A stretch of 64,000 nucleotides of DNA, from the NCBI GenBank assembly GCA_054600435.1, contig BAAIJX010000080.1, positions 1 to 64,000 of the forward strand. Direction: 5' to 3'. How positions within the stretch are numbered: the first letter of the stretch is position 1; every line of letters starts with the position of its first letter. The notes under the pieces were generated by a model, which ran no database searches, was not told where the DNA came from, and was given only the letters and a program-made list of their open reading frames with translations. This document shows, piece by piece, positions 46,986 to 57,641 of this stretch. Position numbers and translations under genes: made by a program. The DNA comes from Neophaeotheca triangularis (Eukaryota).

Positions 46986-47293
46986 CCGCTATGCCTTCCT
47001 GAACCCGTAATAAGTACAATGGCAGAAGGAACGCTGGCAACGTCAACTCACAGTGGCATCCAAGCTGCCTTCCATTACTGCTTAAGGTGTGTTATAACTA
47101 CTAACATCAAAGCAACAGCTATAGCGCCAAACACAACCGCACAAGCCATTGGGTATCTCTGCCGCAAAACCAGCCATCCGACGCCCACAGCAGTGAAGCG
47201 TCCTTAGAAGAAAGAAACAAAGACGAGGCTCTATGCACCCGTAAAACGCCGCCCCTTTGCACCACAAGCAATGAAAAAACAAAAAAGAAACTT

Positions 47294-49774
47294 TCAAATA
47301 CCGACATCCACGCCGGCCCTTTTTTTCCGCATCTTCCACTCCACCATAGCCACCTTCATCAAAATATCCTCATCCTTGATCGGGATGAAGCTCGTCAGCA
47401 CTTTCATGGCGCCCTCAAAATCGCTATCGAGCACAATCTCCTGCGTCGCATCCATAATGGCCGCCGAAGTCGCGTGCAGCACGTCGAGATCCGCGCCGCC
47501 AAAAGCCGGATTCGCCAACCGCGGAGTCGCATCGCCGAGGAGCATGAAAACGTCCCAAACGCGCAGTTGCGCCGCGTACGGGATACTCAGATTGAACAGC
47601 GTCAGGTACCAGCGGGTACCGTAAGCAGTCGAAGTGATGCCGTATTCGTCGAGTTTTGCGGCGACGGGGCCATGGCCGAGCCAGTCCTTTTCAAATTCTG
47701 ATAGTGCGGCCATGAGCCCTTCGAAACCCGCTTGGAAGAGCTGTTCCAGGCCTCGTAGCGTCCAGAGGCGCACCATCATGACGAAGGCGAGTTCTTCGTG
47801 GTAGTAGACGAGGAGTGTGGCTGCTAGACTGGCCATGCCTTGCACGTAGCCCGTGTCGGGGCTCCAAAGAGCTATGGCGTGGAGGACGCGGAATAGCGTT
47901 CGTTGCCCGCCGCGGTAACGGCGCCGGAACATGATGTGCATGTTGATGGTTCGCGGGACGTCCACGTCAATTTGCACGTCGTCGGCGCAGTGGATGGATA
48001 GGAGGCGCTTGTAGGTCGAGATGAGCTCCTGGTCGGAAGGGCAGTTGCCGCGTTTGCGAGCGCTGCTGGTGAGGAAGCAGTACCATGCTTTTGCGCGCCA
48101 GCTTTCGGGGATACCTTTCCATGTCCTTTCTATGAGCTTCGGGTCGCTTGTATCGAATTCAAATTCCATGCCACCGCCTTTCTCGCTTCCGGGTGCGCGA
48201 ATCGGTCGTGCCATCTTGGTCCACTTTTTTTCCCGATCAGTTTCCTTTTGGCGAGCAGCGATGGCCATTTTTCCCTCGTCGCCCCGTTCAGAGACATCTG
48301 CAAGTCCGGGAGGCAGTCTTAGCATATCGCTAGCCCCGTCCGTGACACGTCTGGCTCGAGATCTGAAGAGACTCGAACTGACGGCCCGCGAAGTGGCAGA
48401 TTGATAGCTGTGAAGCGAACTGGGACCGCGACTGCTGGCTATGTCCATGCTCGGTTTCGGGGGCACGGAACGAGAGGATCTAGCTGTCGATATTTTACGG
48501 CGTAGCTTTCTTTCCCGTCGTGGCTGCGCGGATTCCAACTGCAAAGCAGTCGCAACGCGCTGTATCTGGCCCCTCTCAGTCGTAGCCGGGGATGCGTCCG
48601 AAGCTGGTCTCCGCGGATCGATGAAGCCAAAGCGGTCCGTTGCTCCATGATCTACATCGTGCCAGTCCTCGTAGCCACCAGCAAGTTCAGTCGGCTCTTT
48701 GACGTAGCTGATGCGGGCTTCGGAGCTCGCAGACGTCAACCAGCTGGGTCTCTCTCGTATTTTTTCTGCTTTCAAGTCTTGACTGGCGCCCAAGCTCGGA
48801 GTACTTGTGTCTCTGTTCGATGCCTCGAGGGTACTTTCGTCGGCGCTATCGTCGCTCTTCGTCACGACCCATTGTGCGGCATTCTCATCCCCATGCTCGT
48901 ACATGCTGCGGACTTTCATCGAAAATGATATTTCCTCGGCAGATAATACCCTTCCACCCTGAATTGCAGCCTGCAGCATTTGTACACTGGGTGTCCGTCT
49001 CCCTGACTGTAATCCGGTCTTTTTCTCGTCGGCTTCGGGTGGATGCCCAGCTGTGGTTTGCGCTTGTGCAGTAGAGGGCTCCTGGACCACGGGCTCCTCG
49101 CCAGGCGTTTCCTTGTCACCCTCCGCAAATGAGGGAGTCTCCTCCAACCTCTTATTCAGCATCTCTTGCATCTTCTTGCCTCCAAACAGCAGACTGCCTC
49201 GGTTGGAGAAAGTGACCTTGTCCGAGGCGAGATCCCCAAAGTCGTCAGAATTGCCGGTCGGTATCTCAGCTTCAATGCCGTGGAAGCTCCTCAGCCTGTT
49301 ATGTGTAGGATGTGCCGTCTTGGGTCGTTCTTCTCCTTTTGAACGCGCCTTGTTGATCGCAGTGAATAGTCCGCTCCTTTTCTCGCCTTTCCCATCCTGC
49401 ACCACTATAGCAGGCAAGCTGGGTTGTTCCGCCGGTCCCGACTCGACGTAGCACTCACTTCCAGGATTGAGCAGAGAAGGTGCAACACCCGAGTCTCGCT
49501 TGATATCGTCAAGGTGTGACTCGCGATCTATACGGTTTGGCGGGTTGGGTGAGGTTCGCGGTCTCTTCCGGGCACTTCCCACGTCACTTGTAAGAGAAGC
49601 TGTGGCCGATGGTCGGGGAGCTTTCAGTGCACCGATAGAGTCGACGGGTACGGGTAAGGATCCATTTGCGACGTCCTCGTAGCGAATAGACTGCAAGCGG
49701 ACGGGAGCGTGAGGGGGTGGATGGGGTTCGCTTTCGCTGCTTGCCGCTGGCTCGCGGCTGGCCGTTGCTGCCAT
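47294..49774 (-). CDS. TBC-domain Rab GTPase-activating protein
   Basis: WKGIPESWR, QIDVDVPRT (Arg finger), GYVQGMASLA (Gln finger), RWYLTLF, LRVWDVF. Confidence 0.92.
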   Translation of the reverse strand: MAATASREPAASSESEPHPPPHAPVRLQSIRYEDVANGSLPVPVDSIGALKAPRPSATASLTSDVGSARKRPRTSPNPPNRIDRESHLDDIKRDSGVAPSLLNPGSECYVESGPAEQPSLPAIVVQDGKGEKRSGLFTAINKARSKGEERPKTAHPTHNRLRSFHGIEAEIPTGNSDDFGDLASDKVTFSNRGSLLFGGKKMQEMLNKRLEETPSFAEGDKETPGEEPVVQEPSTAQAQTTAGHPPEADEKKTGLQSGRRTPSVQMLQAAIQGGRVLSAEEISFSMKVRSMYEHGDENAAQWVVTKSDDSADESTLEASNRDTSTPSLGASQDLKAEKIRERPSWLTSASSEARISYVKEPTELAGGYEDWHDVDHGATDRFGFIDPRRPASDASPATTERGQIQRVATALQLESAQPRRERKLRRKISTARSSRSVPPKPSMDIASSRGPSSLHSYQSATSRAVSSSLFRSRARRVTDGASDMLRLPPGLADVSERGDEGKMAIAARQKETDREKKWTKMARPIRAPGSEKGGGMEFEFDTSDPKLIERTWKGIPESWRAKAWYCFLTSSARKRGNCPSDQELISTYKRLLSIHCADDVQIDVDVPRTINMHIMFRRRYRGGQRTLFRVLHAIALWSPDTGYVQGMASLAATLLVYYHEELAFVMMVRLWTLRGLEQLFQAGFEGLMAALSEFEKDWLGHGPVAAKLDEYGITSTAYGTRWYLTLFNLSIPYAAQLRVWDVFMLLGDATPRLANPAFGGADLDVLHATSAAIMDATQEIVLDSDFEGAMKVLTSFIPIKDEDILMKVAMVEWKMRKKRAGVDVGI

Positions 49775-50618
49775 AGCCGCGGCGGCACCGTCCCTTACTT
49801 CTCAACTACCACTCCCCAGGCACGCGATCCTTGGTCGATGGAAAGCAGTGTTATTGCGCTGGGAGCGGAAGGTCAGAACTCAGAAGCTGGTAGCGAGTAC
49901 CTTACCCTGAAAATCGTAGGAAGCGTCAAGCAGGAGTTTGGACCTGGATGAGGATGCGATGCGGATGCAGGAGCGGGAACTCGGATGGTTGCGTCTTCGA
50001 CTTTGGTGGACGAGTACCGTGCGATGTACCTAGTAGTGTTCTAACGTTACGCCTCCGTAGCACGTGCTGCGAAGTTCTTCCTTTTGAGATGATCCTCTTA
50101 TACTGCGTCGCGCATTATTGCGACTTGGACACGCTGTTGAAGCAGAGCTCGAGGTAGGAGGGACGGGATGGTCACGAATAAGACGAAGGAGCTGATGCAC
50201 GTCTCGCAACTAATACTAACCCAACCGCGAGTAGTAAGTATTGTTTGGAACGTAGGTAAAGAAAGGGGTCTACGTTAATACCTTAATGCCCTGGTCATGC
50301 ATATTCAATGCAGGTTTGATTAGTGCTCCCGGGGTCTGCAACGGATACGAATGACCACTACTACCCGACGTTATAGGTACTGATTCCAGGCCCACCAAGA
50401 CTCCGCAATCTGCACGCTTGATACACAACCATGACTTTTCTACACGCAGGATCTGGGTCAACGAGACAGACCTTGGCACATCACCTCGAGGCCATCGTCT
50501 GAAGTATCAACCATTGTAAGAAGGGGGACATCACGTGGAGCATCAAGAAGACAAGAGGTTTCGAGCTCCATCTTGAATGCTCCAACGGTGGAGTCGCGCC
50601 CCCCTTCAGTGCCACACA

Positions 50619-52215
50619 TCACGACGTAACAACACCATACCATACCAAGCCTGCAACAGCCCCGAGCACAATAGCCAGGGGAGGAGACAGCCCAAAATGC
50701 TTGCCCCCAACAAAGCTCGTAGCCACGACAACCACCCACCACGGATCCCTCGACAAACTCCCACCAGCTTGCACATCCGCATCCAAATACCCTATCTCAA
50801 ACAACCTATACACAGCACCGAAAACCAAGCCCACAGCAGTCGCATGTACACCCCGTAGACCAGCCTTGACCGCCTGAATCCTCCTCACCGTACTCCAAAT
50901 TCCCATGAACCCAGTATGCAGCCATAGCCCGGGCGCGAAAATGGCAACGTACGCCAGCACGGCTCCGACGACGCTCGGATAGCTTGACCCCGCCATGGCC
51001 AGGCTGCCGAGATAGACTGCGAAGTTGAAGTTCGGGCCCGGGAAGGCTTGCGTGATGGCGAGGCCGAGCAGGAAGTCTCGCGGGCTCACCCAACCTTCGG
51101 CTACGATGTATTCGCGCAGTAGAGGGATCACTACCGGGCCGCCTCCGAAGATGATGGTGCCGGCTAGGAAGAGGTTTGCGAAGACGTCGAAGGCGCGGGA
51201 GAGGCCGTTTTGCGTGCCGCGCAGGACCATGGTTATGATGAAAACCGTGGCGAAGGACGCGAGGACGGCTGTTCCGACTTTCCAACTCGTCAGAGATTGG
51301 GGAGCTGGTGTTGCGTTGTCTGGAAGCTCTGGCTCAGTAGGACGCTGCTCGTTGGTAGTATGCTCCTTGGCGCCATGTCGAGCGTGCAAGCCGGCGGCAT
51401 TGGCCTCGGGCGTTGAGGGACTGCTAGACCGCGCCAGCTCGATCTCGTTGTCGTCCCTACGCTCATTCGAAGGCTGAGTCTTGACCATGCTCCGGTAAAG
51501 CCGATGCAGTAGCTTTAGATCCCACACAACAGTAACGATCCCCCCAGCCACCAACAACACGGGAAAGTACCACAGCGCATTATAAAGAATACCTGCAGCC
51601 GCTCCAAAAAACACCAAACACCTGGTCAAAGTATCCGTAATAGCCTTATTCGACAACTGCACAGCAGCCAGCGCGACAATGCCCACGGTCGCCGAATTCA
51701 ACCCCGAAAGCAAAGCATACACAGGGCCCGGCAACTCATCCCCAATACTAGCAACCCCTAGCCCGAGCCCAAAAGCCGCGACAGCCATTGGAAGACTCCA
51801 CACCAAGAACGCGCCCACGCCGGTCCAGAACCCATAGTGCAGCGCGTTCACAGCGTACAGCATCTTGGTCGAACCGGGCCCGCACAGCGCCTGACAGAGC
51901 GCGAACATCTCCTGGTAGCTCTGCTCGTCCAGCCAGGCGTACTTTTCCACAAACAGGCGGCGGAATATCTGAAAATGTACGGTCGGGCCACCTTTCTCAT
52001 CATGATAGAGATGTTTAGTTTTCGTCCTTTGTGGGTGGTTTTTTGGTGGTTTTGAGCGAGGGCAACTCACCGAATGAAGTGAAACCCAGGTGCCAGTTGT
52101 GGCAGAGCATGTCCATGGCCGCGATAGATGCGACGGCTTCGCCTCCGGGCAGGAGTTTGTCGCGTGCATCGCGGAAGCCGTGGCGGATACGGCTTATGAC
52201 GGAGAAGAGGCCCAT
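50619..52215 (-). CDS. Chromate ion transporter (CHR family, two-domain)
   Basis: LGFTSFG|GPTVH across intron 52070-51992; GTIIFGGGPVVIPLL; QAFPGPNFNFAVYLG. Confidence 0.9.
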
Positions 52216-52928
52216 GGTGAGCTGTATAACTTGATGAGTGGGTGCCGCTCGAAGTGCCAATGCAGTCTGGAGTGTGCGCGTGGGTGTTGAAAGCGCGGTA
52301 CGCGAGATGGTATCGAGGCACTGGAGGCGCAGCAATGAACGTAAGAGTGCGTTGATAAGTGTTCACGATGAAATATATATGTACATACATTGTCGGCCAA
52401 GATAGGTGTGGTCTGCCTAGCAGCCAGGGTGTTGCAGCCAATCAATCCGGACGAAGATGGCACGCCGTCTACTCTCGGTACCTAGGTACCTAACATATAT
52501 TACCATTGCCTACACAATCAAAGACTTCGTGAAAGGAAGTGAGAGACGTGGTTTGTTAAGGTGTTCCTACCGTGATTCGGCCCACCGGTTTCCCGCGTTG
52601 CTTTGCTCACGCTGTGCGAGGTGGTAAAGAGACGGCGCCCCTTGGTAATAATGCGACAATGGCGTTAGGAGATACCCAGGAGCTTCGACGAAGTGTAATT
52701 GACAGCTATATAGAGCTGGCGATATAGAAGAGGTATAGGTACATGGAGCATTGTGGATGTTATCCGTGACTCGAGATGCCCTGGAAAGAATTGCGTTTAG
52801 TCACGCTTATTAAGAACGATACTCGAAAAAGTAAGGTTGTCATTCACAGGGCGTAGCCGTACAATAAATTAAGTCGCAAATAATCCACCTAGCCTTAGAA
52901 AACCGCCTTTCACGCAAGCCTAAGCACA

Positions 52929-53876
52929 ATGTCATCCCTTCCATTCGTCACGCTGGATGTCTTCACGCAAGACCGCTTTCGAGGAAATCCACTCGCCGTC
53001 GTGGAGCTACCCGCAGGCACCAAGGACGAAAGCCCGCTACCAACAGGTCTCCTGCAAACCATTGCGAGCGAGTTCAATCTCAGCGAGACTGTTTTCCTGC
53101 ACGAAAAAGTCGATAAAGATGAGAGCGGCGTACCTCAATGGCGCGTGCGCATCTTCACGACCGAGTCCGAATTGCCGTTTGCGGGACACCCGACGATAGG
53201 CACGGCGGTCTACGCCCTAGGAACGCTGGCTGGGGTGGAAAAGGGTCGCTTTATCTGCAATGCTGGCCCCATTGACCTTGAACTTGCTGGCGGCGTTGCG
53301 CAGGCGTCTATTCCGCATAATGTGCACGTCCATACCGAGAATCAGGTGACCAGCGACAATGTTTCGAAACTTCAGCCAGCTCTGCAAGGCAAAACCGCAT
53401 CGATATCGAACATAGCCGTGGTGAGCCCAGTCAAAGGCATGAACTTCATCTGCGTGGAGCTCGAAAAGCTAGAAGATTTAGCCTCGGTAGAGACGTCCAG
53501 CTCGAAGCCCCGGGCGAAATTGGATGCCGAATGGGACACTGGCTTTACCGGCTCGTATTTCTATGTGATAACCAAATCGACAAGCCGGGAGCATGGCGGA
53601 AAGGCCTCAGTCTCGGTCCAGACACGCATGATCGAGGGTGCTCTAGAGGATCCGGCAACTGGTTCTGCGGCTTGTGGCCTCTCCGCTTATCTGGCGATGA
53701 GGCTGAAATTGGCGCGGGAGGTATCGTTCAATATCGTGCAAGGAATGGAGATGGGACGGAGGAGTGATATCGGTGTCGATATCGCGCTGAAGCAGAGCAT
53801 GGATGCCGTGGAGAAGGTCGTGCTGAAAGGGGCCGCAATAAAGGTGATGGAGGGAAAGGTGGATTACGACGCCTGA
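52929..53876 (+). CDS. PhzF/diaminopimelate-epimerase-like protein
   Basis: LDVFT..GNPLAVV, EFNLSETVF, ELPFAGHPTIG, EDPATGSA, QGMEMGRRS. Confidence 0.92.
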   Translation: MSSLPFVTLDVFTQDRFRGNPLAVVELPAGTKDESPLPTGLLQTIASEFNLSETVFLHEKVDKDESGVPQWRVRIFTTESELPFAGHPTIGTAVYALGTLAGVEKGRFICNAGPIDLELAGGVAQASIPHNVHVHTENQVTSDNVSKLQPALQGKTASISNIAVVSPVKGMNFICVELEKLEDLASVETSSSKPRAKLDAEWDTGFTGSYFYVITKSTSREHGGKASVSVQTRMIEGALEDPATGSAACGLSAYLAMRLKLAREVSFNIVQGMEMGRRSDIGVDIALKQSMDAVEKVVLKGAAIKVMEGKVDYDA

Positions 53877-53911
53877 GTGAGCGCCGTCTTAGACACCCTT
53901 GAGTCGACCAG

Positions 53912-55444
53912 TTAGAACTCCATGGTGTCAGCGCTGGCAGCTGCATCCCGGTTCCTCTTGTTGCTTGTGCTTTCCTCCTTCAGTAGCGAGGAAACATGGC
54001 CCCTGAAGTACTCAATATACGGTTTGATGCTTGTCTTCTGCCAGTCAGCCACCTGCGCTCTCTGCTCGTTTGGCATTGAAGTGTGCTCTTTGTCCCAGTC
54101 GTCGATCTCTTGCAACAATTGCGTGACTGTAGGAACGTCGAACGGGTCGAAGTCCTCCAAGCTGCGGACGTCAATAGGCACGCAGACTCTTCCAGTACCG
54201 GGATGAATCACAAATGGCGATTTGAGCAAATGGTTCAACTTCTTCGAGACCTCAGCATCAAGGCGAGGATAGGTGTACTCGAGTCGTATGTCTTGCTTTG
54301 CCTCCATGAGTTGCCTTCCGGCCCCTGCAGTGAGCTCCCCAGCTTCAGCCACGGCATCAATGTCTGCCCATTTCTGCACCGAGCTACGATTCGGCGCACT
54401 GTCCCACTTCTTTTGCAGAGCCTTTGTGAGCTTGGGGTCAGGGAGTAACGCCAAAAGCTTCTCGGCTTGCTCTGCAGTCCGCCACGGGTCCTGCTCCTCC
54501 AGAATGTCGCTTTGAAAGTAGGGGTTCAAAACCTTGAGACTCCGATCGATATGAGGGTGTAACGGCCGTCTTATGCTCGTCCTCTTTCCGTGATCACTCC
54601 CTTGAATCAGCGTGAGATATCCAGCCACAGCTTTACGCTTTTGGTCGTCCATCTCGCGAGCTTTCTTGTCACTTATCCAAGCGTGTGCACCTCGACGACC
54701 AGAATAGACCCACAGAATGTGTTGGAAGTCAAAGTCTTCTCTAAGCGCAGTGTCGACAACCTTGATGGCCATGACCATGAACTGCCAACACTTCCTGCAA
54801 ATATTGGCGCCCGTGCAGCACGTACGTATAGGGTCGTAGTCTGTCAAGTCTATGTCGAAGACCAGCTCCTTCATGATTGGCCTGAACGCGCTCGCCTTGC
54901 GGATGCTTTTGCGGTCCTTTGGATTGAGGGTGTACTGTGGACCAATTTCGAAGCGCGTAGGAGTCAAATTGATAGCCTGCTTGCGGAAAACGTCTGCAGA
55001 CGGGAACGCTTGGTATCGAAGGTAGGCATCGTTGGGAAGGACAAAGGCGAACTCGCGGTTCTGGAAATCTGGTTGTGGAGCAGCTCCGTGATTGAGCCAT
55101 TGGAAGAGCGGTCGGAAGGGGAAAAGACGTTGATAGAACTGCTTGAGGTTGTCCGGATCGGAGTACTTGGGCTTAGGGTTTGCCGGCAGTTCAGCCTGAG
55201 AGCTGTCCGCTGCCCGTGTTGGTGCACTCGAGGAGAATTCGTCGTCTTCATCATCGTCGTCGTCGAACATGTCCTCCAGCCGCGTCTCAATCTGCGTCAA
55301 ATTCTCGGCTGGGGCATCCTGCATCGTCTCATCTTGCGCGGCTTGAGAATCGCTCTCGTTCGTGGGCGCCTCTGGAAGTACCGTATCCTCCCCATCTCTT
55401 GGTGAACGTTCGGCCGCCGGCGGCGACGAAGTTGCGTGTGGCAT
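53912..55444 (-). CDS. PRI1: DNA primase small (catalytic) subunit
   Basis: NREFAF, KELVFDIDLTDYD, WVYSGRRGAHAW, YPRLDAEVSK, HLLKSPFVIHPGTGRVCVP; ATG 55444. Confidence 0.95.
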   Translation of the reverse strand: MPHATSSPPAAERSPRDGEDTVLPEAPTNESDSQAAQDETMQDAPAENLTQIETRLEDMFDDDDDEDDEFSSSAPTRAADSSQAELPANPKPKYSDPDNLKQFYQRLFPFRPLFQWLNHGAAPQPDFQNREFAFVLPNDAYLRYQAFPSADVFRKQAINLTPTRFEIGPQYTLNPKDRKSIRKASAFRPIMKELVFDIDLTDYDPIRTCCTGANICRKCWQFMVMAIKVVDTALREDFDFQHILWVYSGRRGAHAWISDKKAREMDDQKRKAVAGYLTLIQGSDHGKRTSIRRPLHPHIDRSLKVLNPYFQSDILEEQDPWRTAEQAEKLLALLPDPKLTKALQKKWDSAPNRSSVQKWADIDAVAEAGELTAGAGRQLMEAKQDIRLEYTYPRLDAEVSKKLNHLLKSPFVIHPGTGRVCVPIDVRSLEDFDPFDVPTVTQLLQEIDDWDKEHTSMPNEQRAQVADWQKTSIKPYIEYFRGHVSSLLKEESTSNKRNRDAAASADTMEF

Positions 55445-55573
55445 GATTAGGTTGCCTTGACAATGCCGTATTCTGCTCTGTGAGATGGCAAGATTACGTT
55501 CGTTGCGTCTGATCGAGTTCAAGAGGTGGATGTGTGTACGTTCAGAATAGACGGGACCTCGAAAAATTGGAGG

Positions 55574-55608
55574 ACGCGACCACGCGATCTAGCGCGCTTT
55601 CCTCGCGA
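55574..55608. promoter_or_regulatory. MCB-like CGCG cluster in the PRI1/DUF1917 divergent promoter
   Basis: ACGCGA at 55574 and 55582, GCGCGC near 55592, TCGCGA at 55603. Confidence 0.5.
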
Positions 55609-55776
55609 TCGCTAAAGCCGAGTCAACTCCGCTCAGGACTTCAGTCAGCCTCTATAGTGCCTACACCAAGCTAGGTACATCCACGTACGCCACGTTTGAC
55701 CTACAATCCTGCGTCGGTGCACATTCAAAACGAACTGGGCAAGCCCGCTCTTGTTCGTGTCACTGCCAGAGGATCA

Positions 55777-56847
55777 ATGCAACACGTGACCGATGGGCTG
55801 GTTGACGGCGACGGCTGGCTCTCGGACGAGTCGACCTTCTACGGTAACAGAAACAGCTTAAGGTACAGTATATTCACTGCTAATGAGACAGTAGGCGACA
55901 GCGCCACGCGAGAAATACTTGAAAGAAAAGCCCGGAGAGAATTGGTCTTGCCTCTCTTTCCGATGTCGTTGAGTGGACAGCCCAAGCCTTCCGCTACCTC
56001 AGTACCAAAAGCGATTGAAATTAAAGCCGACTCGGAGACTGAGGGAGAGCCATCGCAGGACGACGATTTTTCAGCTGATAAGCCGTCGTGGCAAAAGGGC
56101 TCCGAAACCATCGTCGAATTCTTGAGACGCCTCCCCGTCGCTGAGCCTTCTACTGCTCATGTAGGACCATGGCTTTGGGTGTACAATCCAAAAGCAAAGA
56201 CTCGTCGCAAGCCCGACGTACCCGGCTTTATTGATACTGGCTCTCAGCTTCTTCAGACATTCCAGGCTCGACGAACTCGTACAGAAAACGAGAACCCAGA
56301 CAAGAGCGCGGGCGTAATCACGCGGAAAATGGGACCCTTCTTGAAGCAATTACAGGACGACCTACTCGAGGCCGCAGTCGAGAGAAGCGTCACGTGCGGA
56401 AAATGGATGCTGTTCCCAAACCAAGACGATCTGCCTCGATACTGGCGCGTCGTCGCGGAAGCCACGGCAGAGGGTAGACTGGGATCCGCTTCGAAAGTGG
56501 CCACCTTCAACGCCAACGACAGTGGTTTCGGCACCCTCATCTGCGTGTACACTTGCGACTTCACCGACATATCCGACATTCGCCAAGTACTGGACGAGCT
56601 CGTGGCGCTTGACTTGCTTTCGTCGGGCGGTAAGCCGATCTATTACAAAGCTGACGCCTACACTTACCTTGATATCAAGTCGAACAATGCTTATACGTTG
56701 AAGGCGAGCTTGTACTCCAGCCATGAATGGGTGTCGAAGGACAACAAGAAAACGAAACCAAAGGCAGTGAAAGCGTCATTCTTCGGTAACAGTCTGCAAT
56801 CGAATGGTCGAGCGAAGAGTCATGTCGGTGATGGATATGAATTCTAG
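55777..56847 (+). CDS. DUF1917/Bles03-like (eIF4E-like fold) protein
   Basis: SDESTFYG, GPWLWVYNP, CGKWMLF, SASKVA, LICVYTCDF, IYYKADAYTYLDI; in-frame intron 55844-55894. Confidence 0.82.
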   Translation: MQHVTDGLVDGDGWLSDESTFYGNRNSLRYSIFTANETVGDSATREILERKARRELVLPLFPMSLSGQPKPSATSVPKAIEIKADSETEGEPSQDDDFSADKPSWQKGSETIVEFLRRLPVAEPSTAHVGPWLWVYNPKAKTRRKPDVPGFIDTGSQLLQTFQARRTRTENENPDKSAGVITRKMGPFLKQLQDDLLEAAVERSVTCGKWMLFPNQDDLPRYWRVVAEATAEGRLGSASKVATFNANDSGFGTLICVYTCDFTDISDIRQVLDELVALDLLSSGGKPIYYKADAYTYLDIKSNNAYTLKASLYSSHEWVSKDNKKTKPKAVKASFFGNSLQSNGRAKSHVGDGYEF

Positions 56848-57641
56848 ATTGGGTTATGATGATGCTTTCGCGTGTGCGGCTTGCTGTGGTTTTTCTCGGG
56901 GCTTGCGCGTAGAGAACGATAGAATTTTGCTTTCCAGCGAGCTGAATGGTCTGTTATGTGGGTCAGCACGCTCAATGCATCTCTATCCATTGCTCAGTAG
57001 CTGCCACCCTCGAGGCAAACAGATGGCATGAAGACACACTCGGGATGGATGGCCGAGAAGAACGGGAAGAAATTGGCCGCGCGAGTTTTATAGATACCCC
57101 AGCACTCACCAGCGCTTGCTCTTCTACTGAGTAGGACGATGATAACGAACGTCTGTTTAATAAAAGAATGTCTGTGCAAAAATGATCGAAATCCACTCGC
57201 GAGGAGGTAGAGACTGAAGAAAGGAAGAGAGCTCAAGAAAGAACAAAATCGACCCTCAAAAAAGAAGCAATTTCGGCAACTCATGTACATCTGCCCAGTC
57301 GTCGTGATAGTTGCAAAAAGCAAGCCCAGAATCGCTACGCAAACAGACACACTCCAGGGAAAAGCCTCGAAAGTCGTCTGGTAGCTAGCGCCGTCAAACA
57401 GTACGCGAGACTTGTAAACCGGAGACGCATCGACTTGCTCTCGCCATTCGTTTCCACATTCCCTTGAACGCCGAAACTCCGCGCTAAAATGTCACAAATG
57501 CTCTGTACCAGCCACAGCGTAGATCCCACCCGTCATTTTGACCGTCTTTGCCCGTCCTGGCCCATACCCAGACCAGAGAAGCACCCAAGTACGCCTCATT
57601 CTCGTCGTAAGCCATGCCATTGTCGTTCCCGCTTGGCCTTA

